From the IMG/VR virus record IMGVR_UViG_3300045988_142509: a stretch of DNA of 49,561 nucleotides. The stretch is one strand, 5' to 3'. This document shows positions 1 through 7,475 of this stretch, piece after piece (within the stretch, counting starts at the first letter, position 1; each line of letters opens with the position of its first letter). The position numbers were made by a program, and so were the translations under genes. This stretch comes from a virus. A model generated the notes under the pieces. That model was given only the letters and a program-made list of their open reading frames with translations. It did no database searches and was not told the origin of the DNA.

Positions 1-940
1 CGGACTAATGTCTTCAACTGATAAAACTAAGTTGGACGGAATTGAAGCTGGTGCTAACAACTATACCTACACTCTTCCAACAGCAACAGCAACTACATTA
101 GGTGGTGTTACTATTGGAGATAACATCACTACAACAGGTTCTAAAATCAGCATTACAAAAGGAAACGTTACTAAAGCTTTAGGTTATACACCAAGTGCAA
201 CAGATACGAAATATGATGTTGCTACACCAAGTAAATCCGGACTAATGTCTTCAACTGATAAAACTAAGTTGGACGGAATTGAAGCTGGTGCTAACAACTA
301 TACCTACACTCTTCCAACAGCAACAGCAACTACATTAGGTGGTGTTACTATTGGAGATAACATCACTACAACAGGTTCTAAAATCAGCATTACAAAAGGA
401 AACGTTACTAAAGCTTTAGGTTATACACCAAGTGCAACAGATACGAAATATGATGTTGCTACACCAAGTAAATCCGGACTAATGTCTTCAACTGATAAAA
501 CTAAGTTGGATAGTCTGATTTATGCTTATCCAGTTGGAAGTGTCTACATAAGCATTAGCTCTAACTTTAATCCGAATACATCATTCGGTGGTACATGGGA
601 AAGATTTGGACAAGGACGAACTTTAATCGGTGAAGGTACTGGAAGTGATGGTAGTACAAGTATGACTTTTACTGCCGATGCCACCGGTGGAACATACGCC
701 GAAACCCTTACTACTTATCAGATACCAAGCCATAATCACATAGTACCTTTGATGAGAACATCTAACGAAGCAAGTGGCTTCGGTTTAACTAAAGCATCGC
801 CTTTCATTAACCGAGTTATTGTTTCCGGGGATGATAATAATGACTTGCGAAGAACACAAAGCACTTATACTGGTAGAGGCTCACCACACAATAATGTACA
901 ACCTTATATCACTGTATACTTTTGGAAACGCACAGCATAA
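1..940 (+). CDS. Tail fibre / receptor-binding protein, 3' portion. The same ORF begins at 48963 and runs across the window junction.
   Basis: Frame is open from base 2 (..SGLMSSTDK). It contains 79-aa tandem repeats (237 bp, copies start at 200 and 437). The C-terminus (LIGEGTGSDGS..YQIPSHNHIV) resembles a phage tail-collar domain motif. Confidence 0.6.
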   Translation, partial: GLMSSTDKTKLDGIEAGANNYTYTLPTATATTLGGVTIGDNITTTGSKISITKGNVTKALGYTPSATDTKYDVATPSKSGLMSSTDKTKLDGIEAGANNYTYTLPTATATTLGGVTIGDNITTTGSKISITKGNVTKALGYTPSATDTKYDVATPSKSGLMSSTDKTKLDSLIYAYPVGSVYISISSNFNPNTSFGGTWERFGQGRTLIGEGTGSDGSTSMTFTADATGGTYAETLTTYQIPSHNHIVPLMRTSNEASGFGLTKASPFINRVIVSGDDNNDLRRTQSTYTGRGSPHNNVQPYITVYFWKRTA

Positions 941-952
941 GGGGGAAACAAA

Positions 953-1165
953 ATGGAACAACTAACAAGTAAACAATGGTGGTATGCTTCTTTGACAAGA
1001 GCATTAAAAACAGTATGTCAGACACTAGTGGCAATGATTGGAACTAGCACAATGATTCAGCAAGTGGATTGGAAAATGGTCTTGTCTAGTGCAGTACTAT
1101 CAGGCATTTTATCAATCTTAACAAGCTTAGGTGGTTTACCAGAAGTAGATAACCAAAAAGGATAA
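953..1165 (+). CDS. Holin (small two-TM protein, pneumococcal Dp-1 / phage_holin_5-like)
   Basis: 70 aa with a hydrophobic core ALKTVCQTLVAMIGTS..LSSAVLSGILSILTSL. RBS GGGGGAAAC. Sits immediately upstream of the endolysin. Confidence 0.6.
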   Translation: MEQLTSKQWWYASLTRALKTVCQTLVAMIGTSTMIQQVDWKMVLSSAVLSGILSILTSLGGLPEVDNQKG

Positions 1166-1168
1166 TAT

Positions 1169-1561
1169 ATGCAAGGTATTAAGTTTGTATTTGACCTACA
1201 ACAGGTGATTGGATTTTGTGCGTTGATTACAGGCATTTGGGGTGTTTGGAAGATTGTGAAAGAAATCAAGAAACCGTCTAACGATTTGCACGATTTAGTA
1301 GAACGTCATGATTATTTACTTAAAAAAGACAATCAAAGATTGGAAAAACTAGAATCGGATAGTCTACAGATAGTATCAGAAACAGAATCACATGATGATG
1401 ATATCAAGGAAATCATTAAAAGCCTTAAAGATGCCGAAGAAACAAACAAAATCGTTTTAAAATCCCTATTTGTGATTATCAACCACGATATCACAAACAA
1501 TGGAATAGACAAATTGAAAGAAACGCTGAACGAACTTAACTCGTATTTAGTTGAAAAATAA
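1169..1561 (+). CDS. Lysis-cassette membrane / coiled-coil protein (second holin-like or XhlA-like accessory)
   Basis: N-terminal TM segment FCALITGIWGVWKIV followed by a charged coiled coil. Lies between holin and lysin. Confidence 0.35.
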   Translation: MQGIKFVFDLQQVIGFCALITGIWGVWKIVKEIKKPSNDLHDLVERHDYLLKKDNQRLEKLESDSLQIVSETESHDDDIKEIIKSLKDAEETNKIVLKSLFVIINHDITNNGIDKLKETLNELNSYLVEK

Positions 1562-1575
1562 AGGGGGATAGAAAA

Positions 1576-3351
1576 ATGGCAAGTTTAAGTAGTTGGTGGA
1601 GTTACGCAACAGGAAACGAATTTAACAGCAGAGGAGAAATTGATAATTGCGGAGTCGTACAAGGTTATTATCCTTTTGCAGGTCAGTGCGTAAGTCTTAT
1701 CCAAGGTTACATGAAATACAATGGTTGCACTGTATGCCCACGTGGTAATGCAATTGATTGGTGGAGAAACTTTAATTCTAATGGATTGAGTCAATACTTT
1801 ACTAAACAATCATCACCACAAAATGGGGATGTAGTAGTAACTAATGCAGACCCTAATTATGGTCATATCGGAATCTATAAAGACGGTCAGTTGCTACAGC
1901 AAAATTACGCAAATTATCCGTATGCAAGATTTTTACCTTTGAGTGTCAGTGGAAGTCCATACGGATACCTCAGACCGAAATTTTTATCTAGCTACAGTGA
2001 CAGTCAATTAATCAATGAACACGCTTATGCAACACTTAAGTTTGATGTACAAAAGCGTAGAGATACACCTACAGGATTAGCCGTAGAAACGCTTAAAGCA
2101 GGTCGCAAGCTCGAATATACGCAGAAGTGGGTAGGTGACGGTCATAGATATATCTCGTGGGTAGAACATCAAGCAGATGGTCATAGCTACAGATACTTTG
2201 TTGCTGTCAATGGAAACGAACAAGGCACAGAGCCTTGGGCAACTTTTGAACCGCTTGAACAGAAAGTAGATTTGACCGAAGAACATGGTTGGGCTAAAGC
2301 TAAAGTAGACCAAATTAATATCCGTAAAGGTTCAGTCGATGGTCAGTCTGTAGGATTAGTTAACAGTGGTGATGTTATCGAGTATCAATATAAATGTGTC
2401 ACAGATTCTCATAGATATATCGTCAAGAAAAACGACGGAGAAATGCTCTATATTGCTTGTTCTCCAACACCTAACCGAAGTACTGAATGGTTCGATTTTT
2501 ACGCCGAGAACCCCGTTAAAACGGACGACAGCACGAATAAAGATGATAAGCCAAGTGATAAGCCTAATGATAAACCAGATAAAGGCACTATCGACATGAG
2601 CAACGTCAAACATTGGGGTGTTGATATCTCGGAACATAATGCCAAAGACTTGGATTTAACACAATGGGATTTTGTTATTATCCGTGCATCTTGGGGTACA
2701 AATACAGACAAGTACTTTAGATATTTTGTTGATGTGTGCGAAAAGAATAAAATCCCATTTGGGGTGTATCACTACTCTTACGCAATTGATAAAGAATCTA
2801 GTGATGCAGAAACACAATACTTTTTAGATACTATAAAAGGATTGAATCCACCACTTGGTGTTTGGTTTGATATGGAAGATGCAGATGGTTATAAAAAGAA
2901 AAAAGGTGTTTTAGATAAGGAACACGTGTTAGAATTTACCAAAAACTTTTGTAGCAAAGTAAAAGCAGAGGGATACTATACAGGTATCTATGCAAGCACA
3001 TGGTGGTTTGATAATTGGTTGAACGAGGGATTAGATGATTATGACAAGTGGGTAGCCGAATGGGGTGCTAATGATGGATACTATAACAGCGATACTTCCA
3101 ATCGAGGTACAATCCATCAATACACGTCTATAGATACTAAAACAGGTACAAATATTGATAAAAACGCAATGTATGTAGACTTTGACCACTACAAAGTTGA
3201 TAAACCAAGCGACAAGCCTAACGATGATAAACCTAGTGATAATCCTAGTGATAGTAATAATAATAGTGAACTTAATAATACATTAAAAGAAACTAACGGA
3301 TTGTTAAAAACTATTATCAAATTTATTAAAAAGATTTTCAATCTTAAATAA
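1576..3351 (+). CDS. Endolysin: N-terminal CHAP, two central SH3b(SH3_5)-like wall-binding repeats, C-terminal GH25 muramidase
   Basis: CHAP Cys/His signature (NCGVVQGYYPFAGQCVSLIQGY ... NYGHIGIY). Repeats HRYISWVEHQADGHSYRYFV and SHRYIVKKNDGEMLYIA. GH25 motifs WGVDISEHN..FVIIRASWG..GVYHYSY..WFDMED. D/K/P-rich linkers. RBS AAGGGGGA. Confidence 0.85.
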   Translation: MASLSSWWSYATGNEFNSRGEIDNCGVVQGYYPFAGQCVSLIQGYMKYNGCTVCPRGNAIDWWRNFNSNGLSQYFTKQSSPQNGDVVVTNADPNYGHIGIYKDGQLLQQNYANYPYARFLPLSVSGSPYGYLRPKFLSSYSDSQLINEHAYATLKFDVQKRRDTPTGLAVETLKAGRKLEYTQKWVGDGHRYISWVEHQADGHSYRYFVAVNGNEQGTEPWATFEPLEQKVDLTEEHGWAKAKVDQINIRKGSVDGQSVGLVNSGDVIEYQYKCVTDSHRYIVKKNDGEMLYIACSPTPNRSTEWFDFYAENPVKTDDSTNKDDKPSDKPNDKPDKGTIDMSNVKHWGVDISEHNAKDLDLTQWDFVIIRASWGTNTDKYFRYFVDVCEKNKIPFGVYHYSYAIDKESSDAETQYFLDTIKGLNPPLGVWFDMEDADGYKKKKGVLDKEHVLEFTKNFCSKVKAEGYYTGIYASTWWFDNWLNEGLDDYDKWVAEWGANDGYYNSDTSNRGTIHQYTSIDTKTGTNIDKNAMYVDFDHYKVDKPSDKPNDDKPSDNPSDSNNNSELNNTLKETNGLLKTIIKFIKKIFNLK

Positions 3352-3356
3352 AAAGC

Positions 3357-3384
3357 AAAGCCTACGATTATGTAGGCTTTTTTT
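3357..3384 (+). terminator. Rho-independent terminator after the endolysin
   Basis: 9-bp stem AAAGCCTAC/GTAGGCTTT, 6-nt loop, then T7. Confidence 0.65.
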
Positions 3385-3400
3385 ATGGATTTGACTCAAA

Positions 3401-3612
3401 ATTTAAAAAATCACTATATATTTTATTAAGTATTTTATTTATTAGTATTTTGTTTATTAGTATTTATTTGTGGCTGATTTTCCGTGCACCGAACTTCCGT
3501 GCACCGATTTTCCGTCCACGGTAATTTGCCATACGGTTTCTCATAATTGAAAAAATCACTATATATTATTAAGTATTTTATTTATTAGTATATTGATTTG
3601 TTAGTATATTTA
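3401..3612. repeat. Composite repeat. Direct repeats of about 65 bp (3401-3468 and 3545-3612) flank an inverted copy (3443-3546) of the rep-gene iteron block at 10954-11058.
   Basis: The reverse complement of 3443-3546 matches 10954-11058 essentially base for base. That segment holds three 15-bp iterons ACGGAA(A/G)(A/T)TCGGTGC-like plus AATACTAATAAA repeats. Confidence 0.8.
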
Positions 3613-3711
3613 TATACGTCCCAATTTTCTATATCTTAATTTTTAAGATATAGGTTTTGAAGATATAGGTTTTTGGTAAGAAGAAAACAAAAAATCTACT
3701 TTGTTTGTGTA

Positions 3712-3740
3712 TTGCCTAATATACGTTATTTTGGTATAAT
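3712..3740 (+). promoter_or_regulatory. Strong sigma-A promoter with extended -10 (TTGCCT - 17 nt - TGgTATAAT)
   Basis: -35 TTGCCT at 3712-3717, TG at 3732-3733, -10 TATAAT at 3735-3740. No ORF lies downstream. Confidence 0.6.
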
Positions 3741-3746
3741 TCACTG

Positions 3747-4292
3747 GTAAACAACAAATGAACTCAGTGATAAACCGTGTGCAACATGGCTGAGAAACTT
3801 CGTTAGTGTTGTGGAATGTCCAAGGATACTTGGTCTGAAAGCAAAGTCATAGGTGCGAACTTATGACATAGGTGTAACGAACTGAAACATGAAGTTGTGC
3901 ATAGTACTAGACAGGCTAAGGTCACTTAGGTATCGTCAGCGTAATAGACGCTACAGTGTAGAAGAATCCAAGTAAGGCATGATGTGGGAGCTTATGTAAA
4001 CCTTGGAATCCCAACAAGCTGATTAGCCTTGATGTTGTGAAAGCAACTATAAGATACCGAGTAAGTGCCACTGCGGAATGGCTAAGAAAGTTTAATTGTA
4101 ACCTAATGGAATCGTATGATTCTGTTTATATTCCCTAAGCCAGTTGGTGGTGTAGGACAATCCTACCTATGATAAACGTCTACAATTAGCAAAGAATCGC
4201 TATCTTTGTTAGGGATTGTAGGTACATGGTTGCCGAATAAGTTAACCATAGTATGTGTATGTGGAGACACGCAAACGTTGTTTATTATTTTT
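3747..4292 (+). ncRNA. Large structured non-coding RNA candidate (ROOL/GOLLD-class ornate phage RNA). 3' end uncertain; read-through to the terminator at 4570 is possible.
   Basis: About 550 nt with no ORF over 60 aa in any frame. Visibly GC-enriched against an AT-rich background. Many local hairpins (GTCATAGG..TTATGAC, ATGGTTGCCGAATAAGTTAACCAT, TAGGACAATCCTA) and long-range complements (CCCTAAGCC ... GTTAGGGATT). Sits in the lysin-integrase accessory slot downstream of a strong promoter. Confidence 0.45.
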
Positions 4293-4535
4293 TAGGTGTC
4301 AAACCTAGTTTACTTTGCATTCTTTGGAAAAGTACATTGAGCAATCAATGTATTTTTTTATTGCTTTGTTTGTGTACCTATACTAGTATTAATTTGTAGG
4401 AACAATATTTATAATAATATGTCTCTAAAATCTATAACTCTCTAACCATTACTAACATAACATTGAATTTCACTTATTATTGTTTCTACAGATTTTCCTA
4501 TGCTAAGATACCTCACTTAGTTAATTTCATTTTAA

Positions 4536-4570
4536 ACCATTAAGAACTTGCTGAACTTAGTGGTTTTTTT
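4536..4570 (+). terminator. Rho-independent terminator in ORF-free DNA
   Basis: AACCATTAAG..CTTAGTGGTT 10-bp stem with one G-U pair, then T7. Confidence 0.5.
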
Positions 4571-4943
4571 ATGTTTTACTTTTCCTATAAATGTGGTATT
4601 CTTTAAAAGACTTAAGATTAAGTATTTGGCTTAGGTCGACGTTTCGAAAATTGCATTTGTTTGGGGAAAAGGGATTGTGATTGGCAATCTCTTTTTTCTT
4701 TATATGAAATAAATAAGTGCTATAATAAAGATAATGTTGGACATACTATTGATTTACGTAGCAACGGTTTTGACACGAGCCGAATGTTATCGTTAATTCG
4801 CTCATTGGAGTGATTGATAATAAAAGTCTTATAAAAATAAACTAGTCTTATATACTTTCGAGTATATTTGGAAGTTTACGTATATAAGAACCCGACGAGA
4901 TTTAGCCGTTGGAGTGTCAGGTAGCAATAAATGTCCACACAAT

Positions 4944-4965
4944 GGCTCGTAAGCGAGCCTTTTTT
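4944..4965 (+). terminator. Rho-independent terminator in ORF-free DNA
   Basis: GGCTCG TAAG CGAGCC then T6. Possible extended -10 TGcTATAAT at 4718-4726 upstream. Confidence 0.5.
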
Positions 4966-5079
4966 CTTTGCTTACTTTAAATGTGTACTTTTTAGTGTAT
5001 ACTAAAAAAGAGTTAGTACGTGAAGAATACTCCGCTTTTGGTTTCTTTTTTTCCATGTTTTTTTGATACTAAAAGTTTT

Positions 5080-5109
5080 TTGCATTGATTTTTGTTTGTC
5101 ATATATAAT
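5080..5109 (+). promoter_or_regulatory. Sigma-A promoter TTGCAT - 18 nt - TATAAT
   Basis: -35 at 5080-5085, -10 at 5104-5109. Followed about 70 nt later by a terminator and then int. Confidence 0.45.
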
Positions 5110-5115
5110 TTACTC

Positions 5116-5181
5116 CTCTAAAGATAAAGACTACGTGCTAACTCCACTCGTGCTTTCCCATGCAGATTTGCATGGGTTTTT
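5116..5181 (+). ncRNA. Candidate 65-nt sRNA, or terminating leader/attenuator, immediately upstream of int
   Basis: Bracketed by the 5080 promoter and the 5157-5181 terminator. CU-rich anti-SD-like motifs CUCCUC and CUCCAC. No ORF. Confidence 0.3.
5157..5181 (+). terminator. Rho-independent terminator
   Basis: CCCATGCA GATT TGCATGGG 8-bp stem then T5. Confidence 0.6.
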
Positions 5182-5252
5182 ATTTAGATGTATGATTGAT
5201 ATGTATCGTATGATACACTCCGATTTTGACAGGTAGCACGGATTGGAGAAAC

Positions 5253-6371
5253 ATGGCAATACGTAAAAGGAAAAATAAAAGTGGAATTGTGTATGAAGTA
5301 TACATATCGTACACAAAGGATGGTATTAAAAGAAGATATCAAAAGAGTGGATTTAAAACTAAAGAAAAAGCATTAGATTTTGAAGAAAAAAAGATTTTTG
5401 AATTACTGGAAAAAAGAGAATTAAAAAACGAAAGTGAACTTACTCTAAATGCAATATGGGATGAATTTTTAGAAACAAACGAACAAAAATACAGCAAGAA
5501 TACTTTGTATAATACAAAAAAAGATAAAAGATATCTGAATCCAAATTATGATAAGTATTGCAATACTGATTGTGTGATTGGAAACATGAATATAAAAGAT
5601 ATTGATTATCGTATCTTGCAGAATTTTTTTAATTCAAGGTCGTGCAAAGGCATTGAAACTAACAAAAGCATTAAAAAATCATTAAACAGGGTTTATGAAT
5701 ATGCTTTAAAAGTTGGATATGTGGATAAAAACCCGATACAGTGGATAAATGTAAGTGGTGTAGAAAATAAGCATGATAAAACGGATATATCTGATTATGA
5801 TTTATATATCCTTTTAGATAAGCTGCATAACGATAATACACACAAGTCTATGTGTTATTACATAGCTATACAAATTGCACTTAATAGTGGTTTGAGAAGA
5901 GAAGAAGTGTTGGCATTAAACAAGAATGACATAGATTTTGAAAATAACATTATTAATGTGAATAAAGTTTTAGTAACTAAAGGATTAAAGAAAAAAGAAT
6001 TCTATACTACAACTAAGATGAAAAGTGCAAAATCAAAAGCAATTCTTCCGTTATCCAAAAAATTAAAAACAGTTTTGATTGATTGGTTTGAAATGAACAG
6101 TCATGATATCGTTGTTTGTGATAAAAATGGAATGCATGTTAACCCAGATTCTATGTGTAATTATTTACGCAAACTTTCAAAAAAGCTTGGAATACATTTT
6201 ACTTTCCACGAATTAAGACACACATATGGAACTAGGTTGGTTTCTAGCGGATTAGAATTGGCTATGGTAAGGGAACTGATGCGACATGATTCAATCAACA
6301 CTACTTTAAAATTTTATAACCATATAAATTTAGAAAAAAAGAAAAAAGCAATTGATAGCGTTTTTGGTTAG
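5253..6371 (+). CDS. int: Tyrosine integrase (phage integrase family site-specific recombinase)
   Basis: C-terminal catalytic signature HELRHTYGTRLV...LMRHDSINTTLKFY (R..H-x-x-R...Y). RBS GGAGAA before ATG 5253. The track ORF starts at an upstream TTG at 5226 with no SD. Adjacent to the att core. Confidence 0.85.
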   Translation: MAIRKRKNKSGIVYEVYISYTKDGIKRRYQKSGFKTKEKALDFEEKKIFELLEKRELKNESELTLNAIWDEFLETNEQKYSKNTLYNTKKDKRYLNPNYDKYCNTDCVIGNMNIKDIDYRILQNFFNSRSCKGIETNKSIKKSLNRVYEYALKVGYVDKNPIQWINVSGVENKHDKTDISDYDLYILLDKLHNDNTHKSMCYYIAIQIALNSGLRREEVLALNKNDIDFENNIINVNKVLVTKGLKKKEFYTTTKMKSAKSKAILPLSKKLKTVLIDWFEMNSHDIVVCDKNGMHVNPDSMCNYLRKLSKKLGIHFTFHELRHTYGTRLVSSGLELAMVRELMRHDSINTTLKFYNHINLEKKKKAIDSVFG

Positions 6372-6381
6372 AGATAAAAAA

Positions 6382-6413
6382 AGACGTTATCGAAAAGAAT
6401 AACGTCTGTTTTT
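6382..6413 (+). terminator. Rho-independent terminator after int
   Basis: GACGTTAT cgaaaaga ATAACGTC then TGTTTTT. Confidence 0.65.
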
Positions 6414-6417
6414 AGCT

Positions 6418-6460
6418 TGGCGTCCTGGGAGGGATTCGAACCCCCGACCGATGTGCGCCA
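6418..6460 (-). other. attP core: 3' terminal ~43 nt of a tRNA gene (T-arm GGGGG-TTCGAAT-CCCTC, acceptor 3' strand, discriminator G, CCA)
   Basis: Reverse complement reads ..GGTCGGGGGTTCGAATCCCTCCCAGGACGCCA. No complementary 5' half upstream, so this is an integration-site fragment rather than a complete tRNA. Confidence 0.6.
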
Positions 6461-6605
6461 TATTTAATGTGCTATGTTATGTTAAAATCGGTTTTAATAG
6501 GCTTTTTAGCCTATATACAAGCGTTTATAAGTTGATGTGCATAAATACTTATGTTTTGTGTATTTACGCTCTAAAGGCTTAAAAACGCTTGTTTTTTAGT
6601 GTGTC

Positions 6606-6848
6606 TTATAATGTGTCGTCATACACCCCTATTTTATCAACTAGATATTGTAGGGGTACTTTATAATATTCACTTAATTCTAAAGCTTCTGTTAATGTCA
6701 ATCCTTTACGTCCGTGTTCTTTTTCATAAAGCCAATTGCGACTGTATCCAAGTTCGTTGGATACTGTTTTAGCACTTTTGTATCCAAGTTGTTTTCTTAA
6801 ATTTCTTAATGCTTCACCCTGTTTATCATACTTACCCATCACAATCAC
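6606..6848 (-). CDS. XRE-family HTH DNA-binding protein (second repressor-like gene in the leftward operon)
   Basis: 80 aa. HTH segment SAKTVSNELGYSRNWLYEKEHG. Overlaps the upstream gene by 17 nt. Confidence 0.55.
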   Translation of the reverse strand: MIVMGKYDKQGEALRNLRKQLGYKSAKTVSNELGYSRNWLYEKEHGRKGLTLTEALELSEYYKVPLQYLVDKIGVYDDTL

Positions 6849-7092
6849 CTATCACATCAAACGCAATAGCAAATTCATTCAATGATGCACCATAAAATTT
6901 AAACAGCTTTATCGCATACTCTAAACGTACATCACAAAAGCCTAATTCTATGTTTGATACATAACTCGGTTGCATACCTATTTTCCTAGAAACGTCTTCG
7001 GCAGAATATCCTTTTTTATACTTTTTTCTTATGTATCTTAAAGCCTTACCTTGCCTAATCAAAGTCTGTTTAGATATTGTTTTCTTTGCCAT
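6832..7092 (-). CDS. CI-like XRE-family HTH repressor (short, no peptidase domain)
   Basis: 86 aa. HTH YSAEDVSRKIGMQPSYVSNIELG. Divergent from cro. RBS AAAGGAAG. Confidence 0.6.
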   Translation of the reverse strand: MAKKTISKQTLIRQGKALRYIRKKYKKGYSAEDVSRKIGMQPSYVSNIELGFCDVRLEYAIKLFKFYGASLNEFAIAFDVIGDCDG

Positions 7093-7253
7093 GCTTTAAC
7101 ACTTCCTTTCTTTAATTAAATTTTATATCAAGTACACAAAAAAGCAAACATATTATATGTAAATAGCTAATTTATTTATTAAATTTAATTAATATTTTTG
7201 TTGCATAAAGTACACAAAGGGTGTAATATGTAAGTATAGAAAAGGAGAAAGAT
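7093..7253. promoter_or_regulatory. Lysis/lysogeny switch: divergent promoters with two copies of the operator-like 12-mer AAGTACACAAAG
   Basis: Rightward TTGCAT(7201-7206) - 17 nt - TgTAATAT(7222-7229) with AAGTACACAAAG (7208-7219) in the spacer. Second copy AGTACACAAA at 7131-7140 just downstream of a leftward TATAAT. Confidence 0.55.
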
Positions 7254-7475
7254 ATGGTGAAAAAAAATAAAATCACATTAGCAGAAGCGATGGATTGTAG
7301 TGGATTAAAAACTGAATTCATAGCAAAAAATGTCGGGGTATCACGTCAAACAATTTATAACTACAAACATGGACACGTTGATATTCCATACTCTAGACTT
7401 GTAAAGTTGTGCAAAATTTTGGGGGTGGCTGTAACAAGCATTGACTATAATTACACAAACAAAGTAGATGGCTAG
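7254..7475 (+). CDS. Cro-like HTH regulator
   Basis: 73 aa. HTH KTEFIAKNVGVSRQTIYNYKHG. RBS AAGGAGAAAG. First rightward gene. Confidence 0.6.
   Translation: MVKKNKITLAEAMDCSGLKTEFIAKNVGVSRQTIYNYKHGHVDIPYSRLVKLCKILGVAVTSIDYNYTNKVDG

Noticed and set aside
1057-1269. 70-aa minus-strand ORF over the holin gene
   Set aside because: Antisense to a well-supported holin and start of the next gene. No RBS.
3747-4292. Group I/II intron or retron explanation for the structured RNA
   Set aside because: No flanking split gene, no intron-encoded protein, no reverse transcriptase anywhere in the window.
4829-5056. 75-aa minus-strand ORF between ncRNA and int
   Set aside because: Lys/Tyr low-complexity translation with no RBS, lying across + strand terminator/promoter elements. 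A 29-aa minus-strand peptide at about 5100-5014 has an RBS but no promoter I could find; left uncalled.
6418-6500. Complete tRNA gene
   Set aside because: Only the T-arm and acceptor 3' strand are present. No complementary 5' acceptor strand, D-arm or anticodon arm upstream.
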